Assembly: GCA_003577095.1 (NCBI GenBank)
Contig: QEUR01000004.1
Location: 1-41,025, forward strand
Source of the DNA: Acidobacteriota bacterium
GTDB lineage: Bacteria; Actinomycetota; Actinomycetes; Actinomycetales; Dermatophilaceae
Length of the DNA stretch: 41,025 bases
Direction of reading: 5' to 3'
Positions within the stretch are counted from its first letter, which is position 1, and the number at the start of each line of letters is the position of its first letter. Of this stretch, positions 16,781 to 24,985 are shown piece after piece. The notes under the pieces were generated by a model that was not told the DNA's origin, did not search any database, and saw only the letters and a program-made list of their open reading frames with translations. The position numbers were made by a program, and so were the translations under genes.

Positions 16781-18133
16781 TCAGAGCATGGAGCCCAGGT
16801 CTGATCCGACGGTGGGGTAGGCGGCGGTCATCGATTTCAGCCGGCGGGTGGTGAGTCCCAGCTTCATGGCGAGGGCGAGGGTGTTGACGAGTTCGGCGTA
16901 CTCGGGGCCGAGGAGGTGGGCTCCCACGATGGTGTCGTTGGAGCGGTCGATGAGGATCTTGGTCGCGGCGGTCGTCTCTCCGATCCGGTAGTTGGAGTAC
17001 CAGCTGCTGGTGTCGGAGTAGCGAACGTCGATGTCGATGCCCCGGGCGAGGGCCTCTTCCTCGAGCAGGCCCACCCGGGTGAGTTCGGGGATCGTGAACA
17101 CCGCGGTGGGCACGCCGGTGTAGTCCGGGGCGGTCGTGGTGCCCTTGAGCATGTTCGACGCGGCGACCTTGCCCTCGAACACGGCGACCGGGGTCAGCGG
17201 CATGCCGGGGGTGCGGGCCGCGTCGCCGGCGGCGTAGACCGCCGGGTTGCTGGTGCTCTGCAGGTGGGCTGCTACGCGGACCCCGTCCTCGTCCCACTGG
17301 ACGCCGGCGGCGTCCAGGTCCAGGATCGTCAGCTCGGGGGTCCGGCCTGCGCCGTGGACGACCAGGTCGAACTCGGCTGTCCTTGACCGCCCTGATTCAT
17401 CCACGCTCACCTGATAGCCGGTGGCGGTCTTCTCCACCGCAGTGAGCGTCGCAGAGCGCCAGGTCTCGATCCCGACCTGGGTGCCGCGGTCGATGAGGAG
17501 GTCGACGAGATCGGGGTCGAAGGCCTTCAGCGGTCGAGGTTTACGGTCCAGGATGACCGGGGTGCTGCCGGCCCGGGCGGCGATGTGGGCGAACTCGAAG
17601 GAGATGAAGCCCCCGCCGACGAACAGGATCCGTCGCGACAGCTCGGGCACGTCCAGGAAGCCGGTGCTGTCTACCAGGTGCTCGTGCCCGGGCAGGTCCA
17701 GCGGGCGGGGGCGCGCACCGGTGGCGATGAGGAAGTGTCGGCCGGTGTAGGGGGCGTCGTCGATGGCCACGGTGTTGGGACCGGTGAACCGCGCGGTACC
17801 GTGCAGGGTGGTGACCCCGTTGCCTGACAACCCGGCCTCGACCTGCTCGGGGACGGGGTCGGTGAAGCCGTGCTTGTGCGCCATGAGGTCGGCCCAGTTG
17901 ATCGACAGGCCGTCGTCGTCGATGCCCTTGCCGCGCATCAGGCGGGCGCTGTCGATGACCTCGGCACCGCGGCGCAGAATCTTCTTGGGGTCGCACCCGC
18001 GCAGGGCACACGTGCCGCCGTAGGGCAGGGCGTCAACGATCGCGACCTTCCACCCCGCGGAGGCACACTTGTTCGCCGCCGTGACGCCGGCCATGCCGGC
18101 ACCGATGACGATCAGGTCGTAGTCGCAGGTCAT
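16781..18133 (-). CDS. Flavin disulfide reductase (glutathione/mercuric reductase-like class I pyridine nucleotide-disulfide oxidoreductase)
   Basis: GAGMAG, redox motif GGTCALRGC, GGGFI, YAAGD, AVFTIPE, C-terminal YPT; no C-terminal CC. Confidence 0.9.
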   Translation of the reverse strand: MTCDYDLIVIGAGMAGVTAANKCASAGWKVAIVDALPYGGTCALRGCDPKKILRRGAEVIDSARLMRGKGIDDDGLSINWADLMAHKHGFTDPVPEQVEAGLSGNGVTTLHGTARFTGPNTVAIDDAPYTGRHFLIATGARPRPLDLPGHEHLVDSTGFLDVPELSRRILFVGGGFISFEFAHIAARAGSTPVILDRKPRPLKAFDPDLVDLLIDRGTQVGIETWRSATLTAVEKTATGYQVSVDESGRSRTAEFDLVVHGAGRTPELTILDLDAAGVQWDEDGVRVAAHLQSTSNPAVYAAGDAARTPGMPLTPVAVFEGKVAASNMLKGTTTAPDYTGVPTAVFTIPELTRVGLLEEEALARGIDIDVRYSDTSSWYSNYRIGETTAATKILIDRSNDTIVGAHLLGPEYAELVNTLALAMKLGLTTRRLKSMTAAYPTVGSDLGSML

Positions 18134-18444
18134 CGCGTGGCCTCCTGGGCCAGCCCCAGCGCTGCGTACAGCTGTTCCAGGGTCGGTGCCCCAGCCAGGC
18201 CGTCCGCCGTGTGGTAGACCCGGCACGACAGGCCCCCTGCTGAGTCTGGGGCGGAGAACGCGTCGGTACCGTCGACCAGCACTGTGGGTGAGCCGCGAAA
18301 GCCCACCTGTTCGGCCTGCTCCCGGGTCTCGACGCACTGACGCCGGATCCTGACTTCCGGGTGCTCGGCCGCGATCGCGACCAACCTGCGGTCAGCCACC
18401 TTCCAGTTGGGGCAGTCCTCGAAGTACAGCAGGCAGACGTCCAT
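18130..18444 (-). CDS. Small thioredoxin-like protein of the type found in actinobacterial mer loci
   Basis: LLYFEDCPNW, GFRGSPTVLVDG, SCRVY; ATGA overlap with the reductase. Confidence 0.8.
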   Translation of the reverse strand: MDVCLLYFEDCPNWKVADRRLVAIAAEHPEVRIRRQCVETREQAEQVGFRGSPTVLVDGTDAFSAPDSAGGLSCRVYHTADGLAGAPTLEQLYAALGLAQEATR

Positions 18445-18451
18445 ACCCGCG

Positions 18452-18483
18452 ACGCTAGACCTTGTACCCTGGTACAAGCTCAA
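18452..18483 (-). promoter_or_regulatory. MerR-type promoter/operator
   Basis: -35 TTGAGC (18483-18478), -10 TAGCGT (18457-18452), elongated 20-bp spacer holding the dyad CTTGTACC-ct-GGTACAAG; spacing puts +1 at the ATG (leaderless). Confidence 0.8.
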
Positions 18484-18507
18484 GCGTGAGAGGTAGGACA
18501 GGGCGAA

Positions 18508-18909
18508 ATGCGGATCGGAGAGCTGGCCGAGTCGGCCGAAGTGAGCAGTCAAACCATCCGCTTCTACGAGCGCCAGGGTCTGCTGGCCGAGCCCGCGCGC
18601 GGGGCGAACGGCTACCGCGTCTATGACGAGTCCGCAGCCACACGGCTGCGCTTCATCGCCATGGCGCAGGCCGCCGGGCTCACGCTGTCCCAGATCCGCA
18701 GCATCCTGGACCTGCGTGACCAAGGGACCACCCCCTGCCAGCACGTCACCACGCTCCTGGACACCAGACTCGCTGACGTCCGGACACGGATCCGCGACCT
18801 CCTCACGCTGCAGGCAGAACTCGAGGTGCTGCTGCAGCGCAGCCAACTGTTGGACCCCGGCGACTGCGCAGACCAGGACATCTGCCACATCCTGTCCCCG
18901 TCGCAGTAG
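18508..18909 (+). CDS. MerR-family heavy-metal-responsive regulator
   Basis: MRIGELA, TIRFYERQGLL, NGYRVY; three Cys (PC, DC, ICH). Confidence 0.92.
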   Translation: MRIGELAESAEVSSQTIRFYERQGLLAEPARGANGYRVYDESAATRLRFIAMAQAAGLTLSQIRSILDLRDQGTTPCQHVTTLLDTRLADVRTRIRDLLTLQAELEVLLQRSQLLDPGDCADQDICHILSPSQ

Positions 18910-19199
18910 CCTTCGCCCAGGCACGACCCGGACCCCGACCTCGCGCGCCAGCCATAACACGCCGGAACAAGGCCGGCTGTCCGGTCCGCCCACCGCAGCA
19001 CCGACACGACCGACGGCATGATCGCGGCAGAGTCCGACGCCTCGAAGACCGCCGGCGCCGCCCCCGGCCGCAGGAGGCTGCGCGAAAGGGGTCCGAGCCC
19101 GGTCCGAACTCCCGTCCCGTGGTTCGACTGACGATCCGTCACACGACACGATCGAGCTGACCTCTGGAAGTCCGTCACTTTGCGGGGCAGACTATCGTC

Positions 19200-20318
19200 A
19201 TGAAAGCCGCCGCCAGGGAGCTGCACCGAAAGTCGCTCGCGTCGATGCGTTCGGCCATGACCTCGTTCAATAGCCCGCACGACGACGGCCGGGCAACGGC
19301 GGTCCTACTGCACCTGCAGCACGCCTTTGAGATGATGTTGAAGGCCGTGCTTGTGCAGGGCGGGAAGAACGTGTTCGATAAGGACACGGGGCGATCCATT
19401 GGGTTTGACAAGGCCGTAGCACTGTCTCAGCAGCTCCCAGGGGTCAAGGTCACGGAACCCGAGGCTGGGACCCTCCGGGCGATCGACGCGTTGCGGGATG
19501 ACGAGCAGCATTGGTATACCGAGGTTCCCGAAGGGCTCCTCTATTTGCACGCTCGGGCGGCGGTCACGCTCTTTGACGACCTGCTGTACCGGGGCTTCAA
19601 GCAACGGCTTGCGGACCACCTGCCGGTACGCGTCCTGCCCATTTCGACAGAGATTCCTCAAGATTTTCAGAGCTTGGTGGACAGCGAGTACGCAGAAATC
19701 GCCAAGTTGCTTAAACCCGGCCGTCGGCGCAGGGACACGGCGCGTGCCCGGATCCGTGCTCTCCTAGCCATGGAAGCGCACACCGGGGCCGACGCCAAGG
19801 TCAGCAACTCGGACGTCAACCGGGTGGAGAAGGGTGTCAAGGCCGGCAAGTCGCGTAGTGAACTCCTGCCCAATCTCTCAAGCGTAGGAGCCGACATCAC
19901 TGGTGAGGGCTTGACTGTACAGGTGCGCTTCTCGAAGACTGAGGGAATGCCGGTGCGGTATGCCAGTGACAACGAGGAAGCAGCCGCCATCCAAAAAGTC
20001 GATCTGCAGGCCAAGTACCACTGGTCACCCTCCACGCTCGCAAAGAAGCTCAAAATCGACACAACGCGTGCGAAGTTGTTGCGCGAGCACCTTGGCATCG
20101 ATAGCAACGCAGACGACTCTCATGAGTTCAAGTTCAATCGGACGAAACATCGTGGCTTCTCTGACAACGCCCTCAAGAAGATGCGCGAGGCGCTTGTCCA
20201 GGTCGACATGGACGCCCTTGTTGAGTCACACAGCAAGGTCAAGCGTCGGAAGCCTCGGCCTCCCTGCACGCAGCCGGGCTGCGTGCTCGTGCCAAAGGGC
20301 AGCGAGGCGGCTTCGTAG
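19200..20318 (+). CDS. DUF3644-like protein with N-terminal HEPN-type motif; candidate defence/toxin ribonuclease
   Basis: Helical N-domain with AFEMMLKA (ExxxK) and RDDEQH (RxxxxH); atypical low-GC codons. Confidence 0.65.
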   Translation: MKAAARELHRKSLASMRSAMTSFNSPHDDGRATAVLLHLQHAFEMMLKAVLVQGGKNVFDKDTGRSIGFDKAVALSQQLPGVKVTEPEAGTLRAIDALRDDEQHWYTEVPEGLLYLHARAAVTLFDDLLYRGFKQRLADHLPVRVLPISTEIPQDFQSLVDSEYAEIAKLLKPGRRRRDTARARIRALLAMEAHTGADAKVSNSDVNRVEKGVKAGKSRSELLPNLSSVGADITGEGLTVQVRFSKTEGMPVRYASDNEEAAAIQKVDLQAKYHWSPSTLAKKLKIDTTRAKLLREHLGIDSNADDSHEFKFNRTKHRGFSDNALKKMREALVQVDMDALVESHSKVKRRKPRPPCTQPGCVLVPKGSEAAS

Positions 20319-20358
20319 TTGCGGGTTCGTCGAGCCAGCACGCGTGCTGCGCGCGAGG

Positions 20359-20378
20359 CGCGGCAAATCCGGTAAACG
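20359..20378 (+). repeat. Direct repeat B2 CGCGGCAAATCCGGTAAACG
   Basis: 18/20 identical to 16686-16705; flanked by a GCGAGG/CCTCGC IR and preceded by the palindrome CAGCACGCGTGCTG. Confidence 0.7.
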
Positions 20379-20615
20379 GCTCCTCGCTGGTGTTGGGCTG
20401 GTCCGGGTGGCGGTGGAGCCACGTGCGGGAGCCTCTGCGGTGCGATGGTCTGCTCGATCGTGGCCATGCTGATCGCCATGGCCTTTGGTCGAGATTCTGA
20501 GATCGGTGGGGTGTATCGTCACGTCACCCTGGGCGGCTGGGCACTCGGACGGAGGACTGTCGTGCTCCTCCGGCCACCACCACTGGGTCGATAGTGGGTC
20601 ACCGATGGGGGAGCC

Positions 20616-21374
20616 ATGCACACGGATCGAGAACGCACCTCGTTGCTGCCAGTCTGCGCCCTCGTGCTGCTGGCCGTCGTCGGTTGCACGGAACCTGACA
20701 GGGGCGACAGCAGCAGTAGTGAAACTGCCGCTACGAGCCCATCATCATCTCCCTCAGCAGCGGACTCCGGTTCTGCCACCTCTGCGCCGAGCGGAATGCA
20801 GGAGCCTGGCGCGTCAATGTCGGATGACGACATACGCGATGCCGTCGAATCTAACGACCCAACACGACCACAGACGTTCCAGGAGACCCTCGACCCATAC
20901 TGGCGCTCGTTGAACCTCGACGGAGATCCGCCTGAGGTCCTCCCCGTGAGAAGCGTCACCCTGGCCGAAGCGAACGACGTGCACTTCGAGTGCATGGCTG
21001 AGCAGGGGTTTCCCTCTGTGACCGATCAGCACGGCCAACAGGCCATCGAGTTCTCGAAGGATCAAGCCGAGGCCATGAAGTTGTCCCAGTACGTCTGCTA
21101 CGCCCGGTACCCCCTGGAGGACAAGTACTTCGAGCCCTACTCCGTGGACCAGCTGCGCGCCATCTATGACTGGAACAGGACCGAGGTGACGCAGTGTCTT
21201 CGAGACCAAGGCGTGGAGGCATCATCGCCACCGAGTTTCGAGACGTTTGTAGAACGTTACGCGCTGACCGGACGGGAGCACTGGACGGCGACCGAAGGCC
21301 TTGATCTGATGACCTTGGAGGAGTTGTGCCCAGAGACGCCCCCCGATGACCGTCTCTACGGAGCCGGGGACTAG
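20616..21374 (+). CDS. Putative lipoprotein with duplicated Cys-containing helical module
   Basis: Lipobox VVG-C, Ser-rich linker, ECMAEQGF...C and QCLRDQGV...C. Confidence 0.75.
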   Translation: MHTDRERTSLLPVCALVLLAVVGCTEPDRGDSSSSETAATSPSSSPSAADSGSATSAPSGMQEPGASMSDDDIRDAVESNDPTRPQTFQETLDPYWRSLNLDGDPPEVLPVRSVTLAEANDVHFECMAEQGFPSVTDQHGQQAIEFSKDQAEAMKLSQYVCYARYPLEDKYFEPYSVDQLRAIYDWNRTEVTQCLRDQGVEASSPPSFETFVERYALTGREHWTATEGLDLMTLEELCPETPPDDRLYGAGD

Positions 21375-21470
21375 GCCACCAAGTCTGCTAGCCGGGTTCG
21401 TGCGCTGCGAGGCAGGGCTGGAAGGGTGAGCACCGCCGCCATCTAGTACGCCCGCGCGCCTTCGCAACCA

Positions 21471-21492
21471 TCCGCTCATCGGCGTGAGCGGA
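21471..21492. terminator. Hairpin between convergent genes
   Basis: TCCGCTCA-tcggcg-TGAGCGGA. Confidence 0.45.
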
Positions 21493-21537
21493 CTGTCACG
21501 AACCACGCAACAACCGGGCGCCCGGGATCGCGCATCC

Positions 21538-22263
21538 TCAGATCCCGAGCAGCTCCTCGGCTCTCTCGCGGTTCCTCCGGAACTCCCCCACCGACGCATC
21601 CCACCGCACCGAGCCCTTCTGCATGACCACCACGCGGTCGGCCACGGACAGCGCCAGGCGCAGGTTCTGCTCCACGAGGAGCACCGACATTCCGGCGCCG
21701 CAGACCTCGCGCACAACGTCCGCCACCTGGTGCACCACCGAGGGCGCCAACCCGTCGGACGGCTCGTCTAGGAGCAGGATCGTCGGGTTGGTCAGCAGCG
21801 CCCGGGCTATGGCGAGCATCTGCTGCTCGCCCCCGGAGAGCTCGTCGCCGCGGTGTCGCATCCGCTCCCCCAGCCGGGGCAGCAGCTCGACGACCCGGTC
21901 GCGGGTCCAGTCGCCCTTCCTCCCGGCGCGGTCGGCGATCTCGAGGTGCTCGGCCACGGTCAGGGGTGCGAAGACGCGTCGCCCCTGCGGCACCAGCCCG
22001 ACCCCCAGCTTGGCGATCCGGTCGGGCCGGGAGCCGGCCACCTCGCGCCCGGCCACGGTCACCGAACCGGCCATCGGTCGCACCAGCCCCATGATCGTGC
22101 TGACCAGCGTCGACTTGCCGACGCCGTTCCGGCCAAGCACCGCCAGGACCCCGCCCTCGGGCAGCTCGACGTCCACCTCGTGCAGCACCCGCGAGCCGGC
22201 ATAGCCCGACACGAGCCCACGCGTCGCCAGGATCGGGGCCGCCGCCACGTCGTCGCTCGTCAC
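21538..22263 (-). CDS. LIV-type ABC ATP-binding subunit (LivF-like)
   Basis: GRNGVGKS, LSGGEQQM, LLDEPS, VEQN. Confidence 0.93.
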   Translation of the reverse strand: MTSDDVAAAPILATRGLVSGYAGSRVLHEVDVELPEGGVLAVLGRNGVGKSTLVSTIMGLVRPMAGSVTVAGREVAGSRPDRIAKLGVGLVPQGRRVFAPLTVAEHLEIADRAGRKGDWTRDRVVELLPRLGERMRHRGDELSGGEQQMLAIARALLTNPTILLLDEPSDGLAPSVVHQVADVVREVCGAGMSVLLVEQNLRLALSVADRVVVMQKGSVRWDASVGEFRRNRERAEELLGI

Positions 22264-23048
22264 GCGCCCTCCTCGTCGACGAACAGCTCGGAGGTGTCCT
22301 CGGCGCCGAGGTAGGCCTTCTGCACCGCGTCGCTGGCGCGCACCTCGTCGGGGTCACCGGTGAGCAGGTGCCGGCCGAGCTGCATCACGGTCACCCTGTC
22401 GGCCACCCCGAAGACGAGGTCGAGGTCGTGCTCGACGAGCAGCACCGTCACCTTGGACGGCAGACCCAGCACGATCTCCCGGAATGCCTGCGTGTCCGCC
22501 GGCGACATCCCGGCCGCCGGCTCGTCCAGCAGCAGCACAGACGGGGACGTCGCGAGCGCGACCGCGACCTCGAGCTGGCGCCGCTCGCCGTGCGAGAGCG
22601 CGCCCGCGGCCTGGCCGGCCCGGTGGTGCAGGAAGAGCCGCTCCAGCACGGCGTCAGCCTCCTCGAGAAGGGCCCGGCGCCGCCGTACCGCGCCCCACGG
22701 CCGCGCCTGGACGCCGTGCCGGCGCTGGAGGGCCAGCAGCACGTTCTCCCGCGCGGTGGCGGTCAGGAAGAGAGAGGAGTGCTGGAAGGTCCGCACCAGC
22801 CCGCGCCGAGCACGGCCGTGCTCGGTCAGCAAGGTCACGTCGTCGCCGTGCAGCCAGACACTGCCCGACGTCGCCGGGAGCGCACCGGCCACCAGCGCGA
22901 AGAGCGTCGACTTGCCCGCGCCGTTCGGCCCGATCACCGCGTGCCGGCTGCCCGGCGCGACCTCGAAGCTGACCTCGTCGACCGCCTTGAGGCTGCCGAA
23001 GTGCCGCGAGAGGCCCTCGACCCGAAGGGCGGGCGTGGCAGACGTCAT
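22260..23048 (-). CDS. LIV-type ABC ATP-binding subunit (LivG-like)
   Basis: GPNGAGKS, RTFQ, LSHGE, LLDEP, VEHD, YLG; ATG at 23048. Confidence 0.93.
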   Translation of the reverse strand: MTSATPALRVEGLSRHFGSLKAVDEVSFEVAPGSRHAVIGPNGAGKSTLFALVAGALPATSGSVWLHGDDVTLLTEHGRARRGLVRTFQHSSLFLTATARENVLLALQRRHGVQARPWGAVRRRRALLEEADAVLERLFLHHRAGQAAGALSHGERRQLEVAVALATSPSVLLLDEPAAGMSPADTQAFREIVLGLPSKVTVLLVEHDLDLVFGVADRVTVMQLGRHLLTGDPDEVRASDAVQKAYLGAEDTSELFVDEEGA

Positions 23049-24082
23049 ACCGGCGTCACCGCCTCGTCGTCCTCCTGGCTGCGCTCGCGCGGGAAGAGCC
23101 GGCGCCACTGCGACCTCCCGCCCGCGATGCCCTTGGGCAGCAGGTAGACGGCGAGCACGAAGAGCAGACCCAGCAGCAGCGGCGCGTGCCCGGAGAACAG
23201 CTGGCCCAGGTAGTCCTGCGTGAAGACCACGACCAGCGCACCCAGGCAGGCTCCCCACATCGACCCGACGCCGCCGACGATGACGGCCAGCAGCGCCAGC
23301 GCCGACACCTCGAAGCCCAGGTCGCCCGGCGCCACGAACCGCTGCGAGGACGCCCACAGCGACCCGGCGAGCGCGGCGAGCCCGCCGGCGTAGACGTAGG
23401 CCGCCAGCGCGTAGGAGTCGGTCCGGTAGCCCACCGCCCGCAGCCGCCCCTCGTTGTCGCGCAGCCCGCGCAGCGTCAGCCCGAACGGCGAGCGCAGCAG
23501 CATCGCGACCGCGAGGTAGGCCACGACCGCGACGACGAGCACGTAGTAGTAGATGAGGCCCTCGTTGACCAGCCCCTCGGTCCCGGGCACGGCGACGACG
23601 GGAGGTATGCCGCTCAGCCCGTCGGTCCCGCCCGTCACCGAGTCCAGACGGCCGGCCGCCGAGAAGCCGATCTCGCCGATGGCGAGCGTGATCATCAGGA
23701 AGGCCACGCCGCGACCCCGGATCGCCAGCGGCCCGGTGACCAGCGCCGCGACCACCCCGGCGAGCGTCGCGAGGACGAGCTGGAGGACGCCGAGGTCGGA
23801 CCAGTGGATCGCCACGAGCGCGCCGGTGTACGCGCCGACGCCGAAGTAGGCCGCCTGGCCCAGCGTCGGCATCCCCGCGACGCCGGTGAGCAGGTTGACG
23901 CTCATCGCGAGCACCGCGAAGACCAGCGCCCGGGTGAAGGTCGCGACCGTGAACGCCCCGAAGGTCCACGGCACCAGTGCCAGGAGGAGGACGACGACGC
24001 CGACCAGGACCGTGGTGCGCACCGGGAAGGGGCGCCGGACGGGGGCGGGCGCGGGCGTCATACCGGAGCTGGTGGCGCTCAT
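23045..24082 (-). CDS. LIV-type ABC permease (LivM-like)
   Basis: GQAAYFGVGAY, TLAIGE, TGGTDG, LRDNE, GGVGS; ATG at 24082. Confidence 0.92.
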   Translation of the reverse strand: MSATSSGMTPAPAPVRRPFPVRTTVLVGVVVLLLALVPWTFGAFTVATFTRALVFAVLAMSVNLLTGVAGMPTLGQAAYFGVGAYTGALVAIHWSDLGVLQLVLATLAGVVAALVTGPLAIRGRGVAFLMITLAIGEIGFSAAGRLDSVTGGTDGLSGIPPVVAVPGTEGLVNEGLIYYYVLVVAVVAYLAVAMLLRSPFGLTLRGLRDNEGRLRAVGYRTDSYALAAYVYAGGLAALAGSLWASSQRFVAPGDLGFEVSALALLAVIVGGVGSMWGACLGALVVVFTQDYLGQLFSGHAPLLLGLLFVLAVYLLPKGIAGGRSQWRRLFPRERSQEDDEAVTPV

Positions 24083-24954
24083 GCGCGCCCCAGCGCGAAG
24101 AGGCCCTGCGGGCGCAGGACGAGGACGAGCAGCATCGCGCCGAAGAGCAGGAAGGGCGCGAAGGCGGGCATCAGGGCCACCCCGAGCGTCTGCACCTGGC
24201 CGATGAGCAGGGCGCCGAGCAGCGCGCCGCGCACCGACCCGAGGCCGCCGATGACGACGACCACGAGCGAGAGGACGAGGACCCGGTCGTCGACGCCGGG
24301 GCCGGGGGCGATGATCGGGGCGCCGAGCACGCCGCCGACCGTCGCCAGCACCGCGCCGAAGGCGAAGACGCCGAAGAGCACCTTGCGGGTGTCGACCCCG
24401 GTCGCCCGCACCATGTCGCGGTCGGCGACCGTCGCCCGCACGAGCGCACCGACCGAGGAGCGCTCGAAGGCGAGGTAGACCAGGACCGCGATGAGCCCGG
24501 CGACCGCGATGAACACCAGCCGGTAGAGCGGGTAGGAGTGGCCGAGCACCGAGACCGACCGGGCCAGCGCCGACGGCGGCGCGGTCGGCAGCACCTGGGC
24601 GCCGAAGATCATCACCATCACCTCGGCGGCGATCAGCGCGATGCCCAGCGTCAGCGCCGCCTGGTCCAGGTGCCCCCTGCCCTGCAGCGGTGCGACCGCC
24701 GCCGCGAGGAGCCCGCCGCCGAGCAGCCCGACCACCAGCCCGACGACGAGCGCGAGGAGCAGGCCGAGCCAGCTGCCGTCGGACAGCGCGTAGGCGGTGT
24801 AGGCGCCGGCGAGGTAGAGCGTGCCGTGCGCCAGGTTCAGCACGTCCATCATCCCGAAGACGAGGGACAGGCCCACCGCGAGCGTGAAGAGCAGCAGTCC
24901 GTAGGCGACCCCGTCCACCATCGAGACGAGGTGCGCGTCGAGCCACCCGGTCAT
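24079..24954 (-). CDS. LIV-type ABC permease (LivH-like)
   Basis: GLSLVFGMMDVLNLAHG, GGLGS, RPQGL. Confidence 0.93.
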   Translation of the reverse strand: MTGWLDAHLVSMVDGVAYGLLLFTLAVGLSLVFGMMDVLNLAHGTLYLAGAYTAYALSDGSWLGLLLALVVGLVVGLLGGGLLAAAVAPLQGRGHLDQAALTLGIALIAAEVMVMIFGAQVLPTAPPSALARSVSVLGHSYPLYRLVFIAVAGLIAVLVYLAFERSSVGALVRATVADRDMVRATGVDTRKVLFGVFAFGAVLATVGGVLGAPIIAPGPGVDDRVLVLSLVVVVIGGLGSVRGALLGALLIGQVQTLGVALMPAFAPFLLFGAMLLVLVLRPQGLFALGRA

Positions 24955-24985
24955 GAGGCGGGGCGGTGCGTCGGCGTCACGGGCG

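Larger units (their letters stand above)
12099..21500. mobile_element. Accessory genomic island with tyrosine recombinase and cassette-like cargo (boundaries approximate)
   Basis: Interrupts the catabolic cluster between the paaX-like gene and livF; visibly more A/T-rich codons from about 13.5 to 21.5 kb; integrase, TA pair, metal-resistance and orphan genes; no clear terminal att duplication found. Confidence 0.75.

Noticed and set aside
16781-18133. merA
   Set aside because: Lacks the C-terminal vicinal cysteines required by mercuric reductase
19129-19141. TGACG-ATC-CGTCA as a PaaX-type operator in the island
   Set aside because: 3-bp spacer and upstream of an unrelated gene; cannot be separated from chance or from a different regulator's site
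18910-19199. Possible tRNA fragment or IS end (GGTTCGACT; GCCATAAC) in the merR-HEPN gap
   Set aside because: No cloverleaf, CCA end or matching terminal repeat could be built
14014-21525. CCGGGCGCCCGG at 14014 and 21514 as attL/attR of the island
   Set aside because: An all-GC 12-bp palindrome is plausible by chance here, and it would exclude island genes left of 14014; not supported enough
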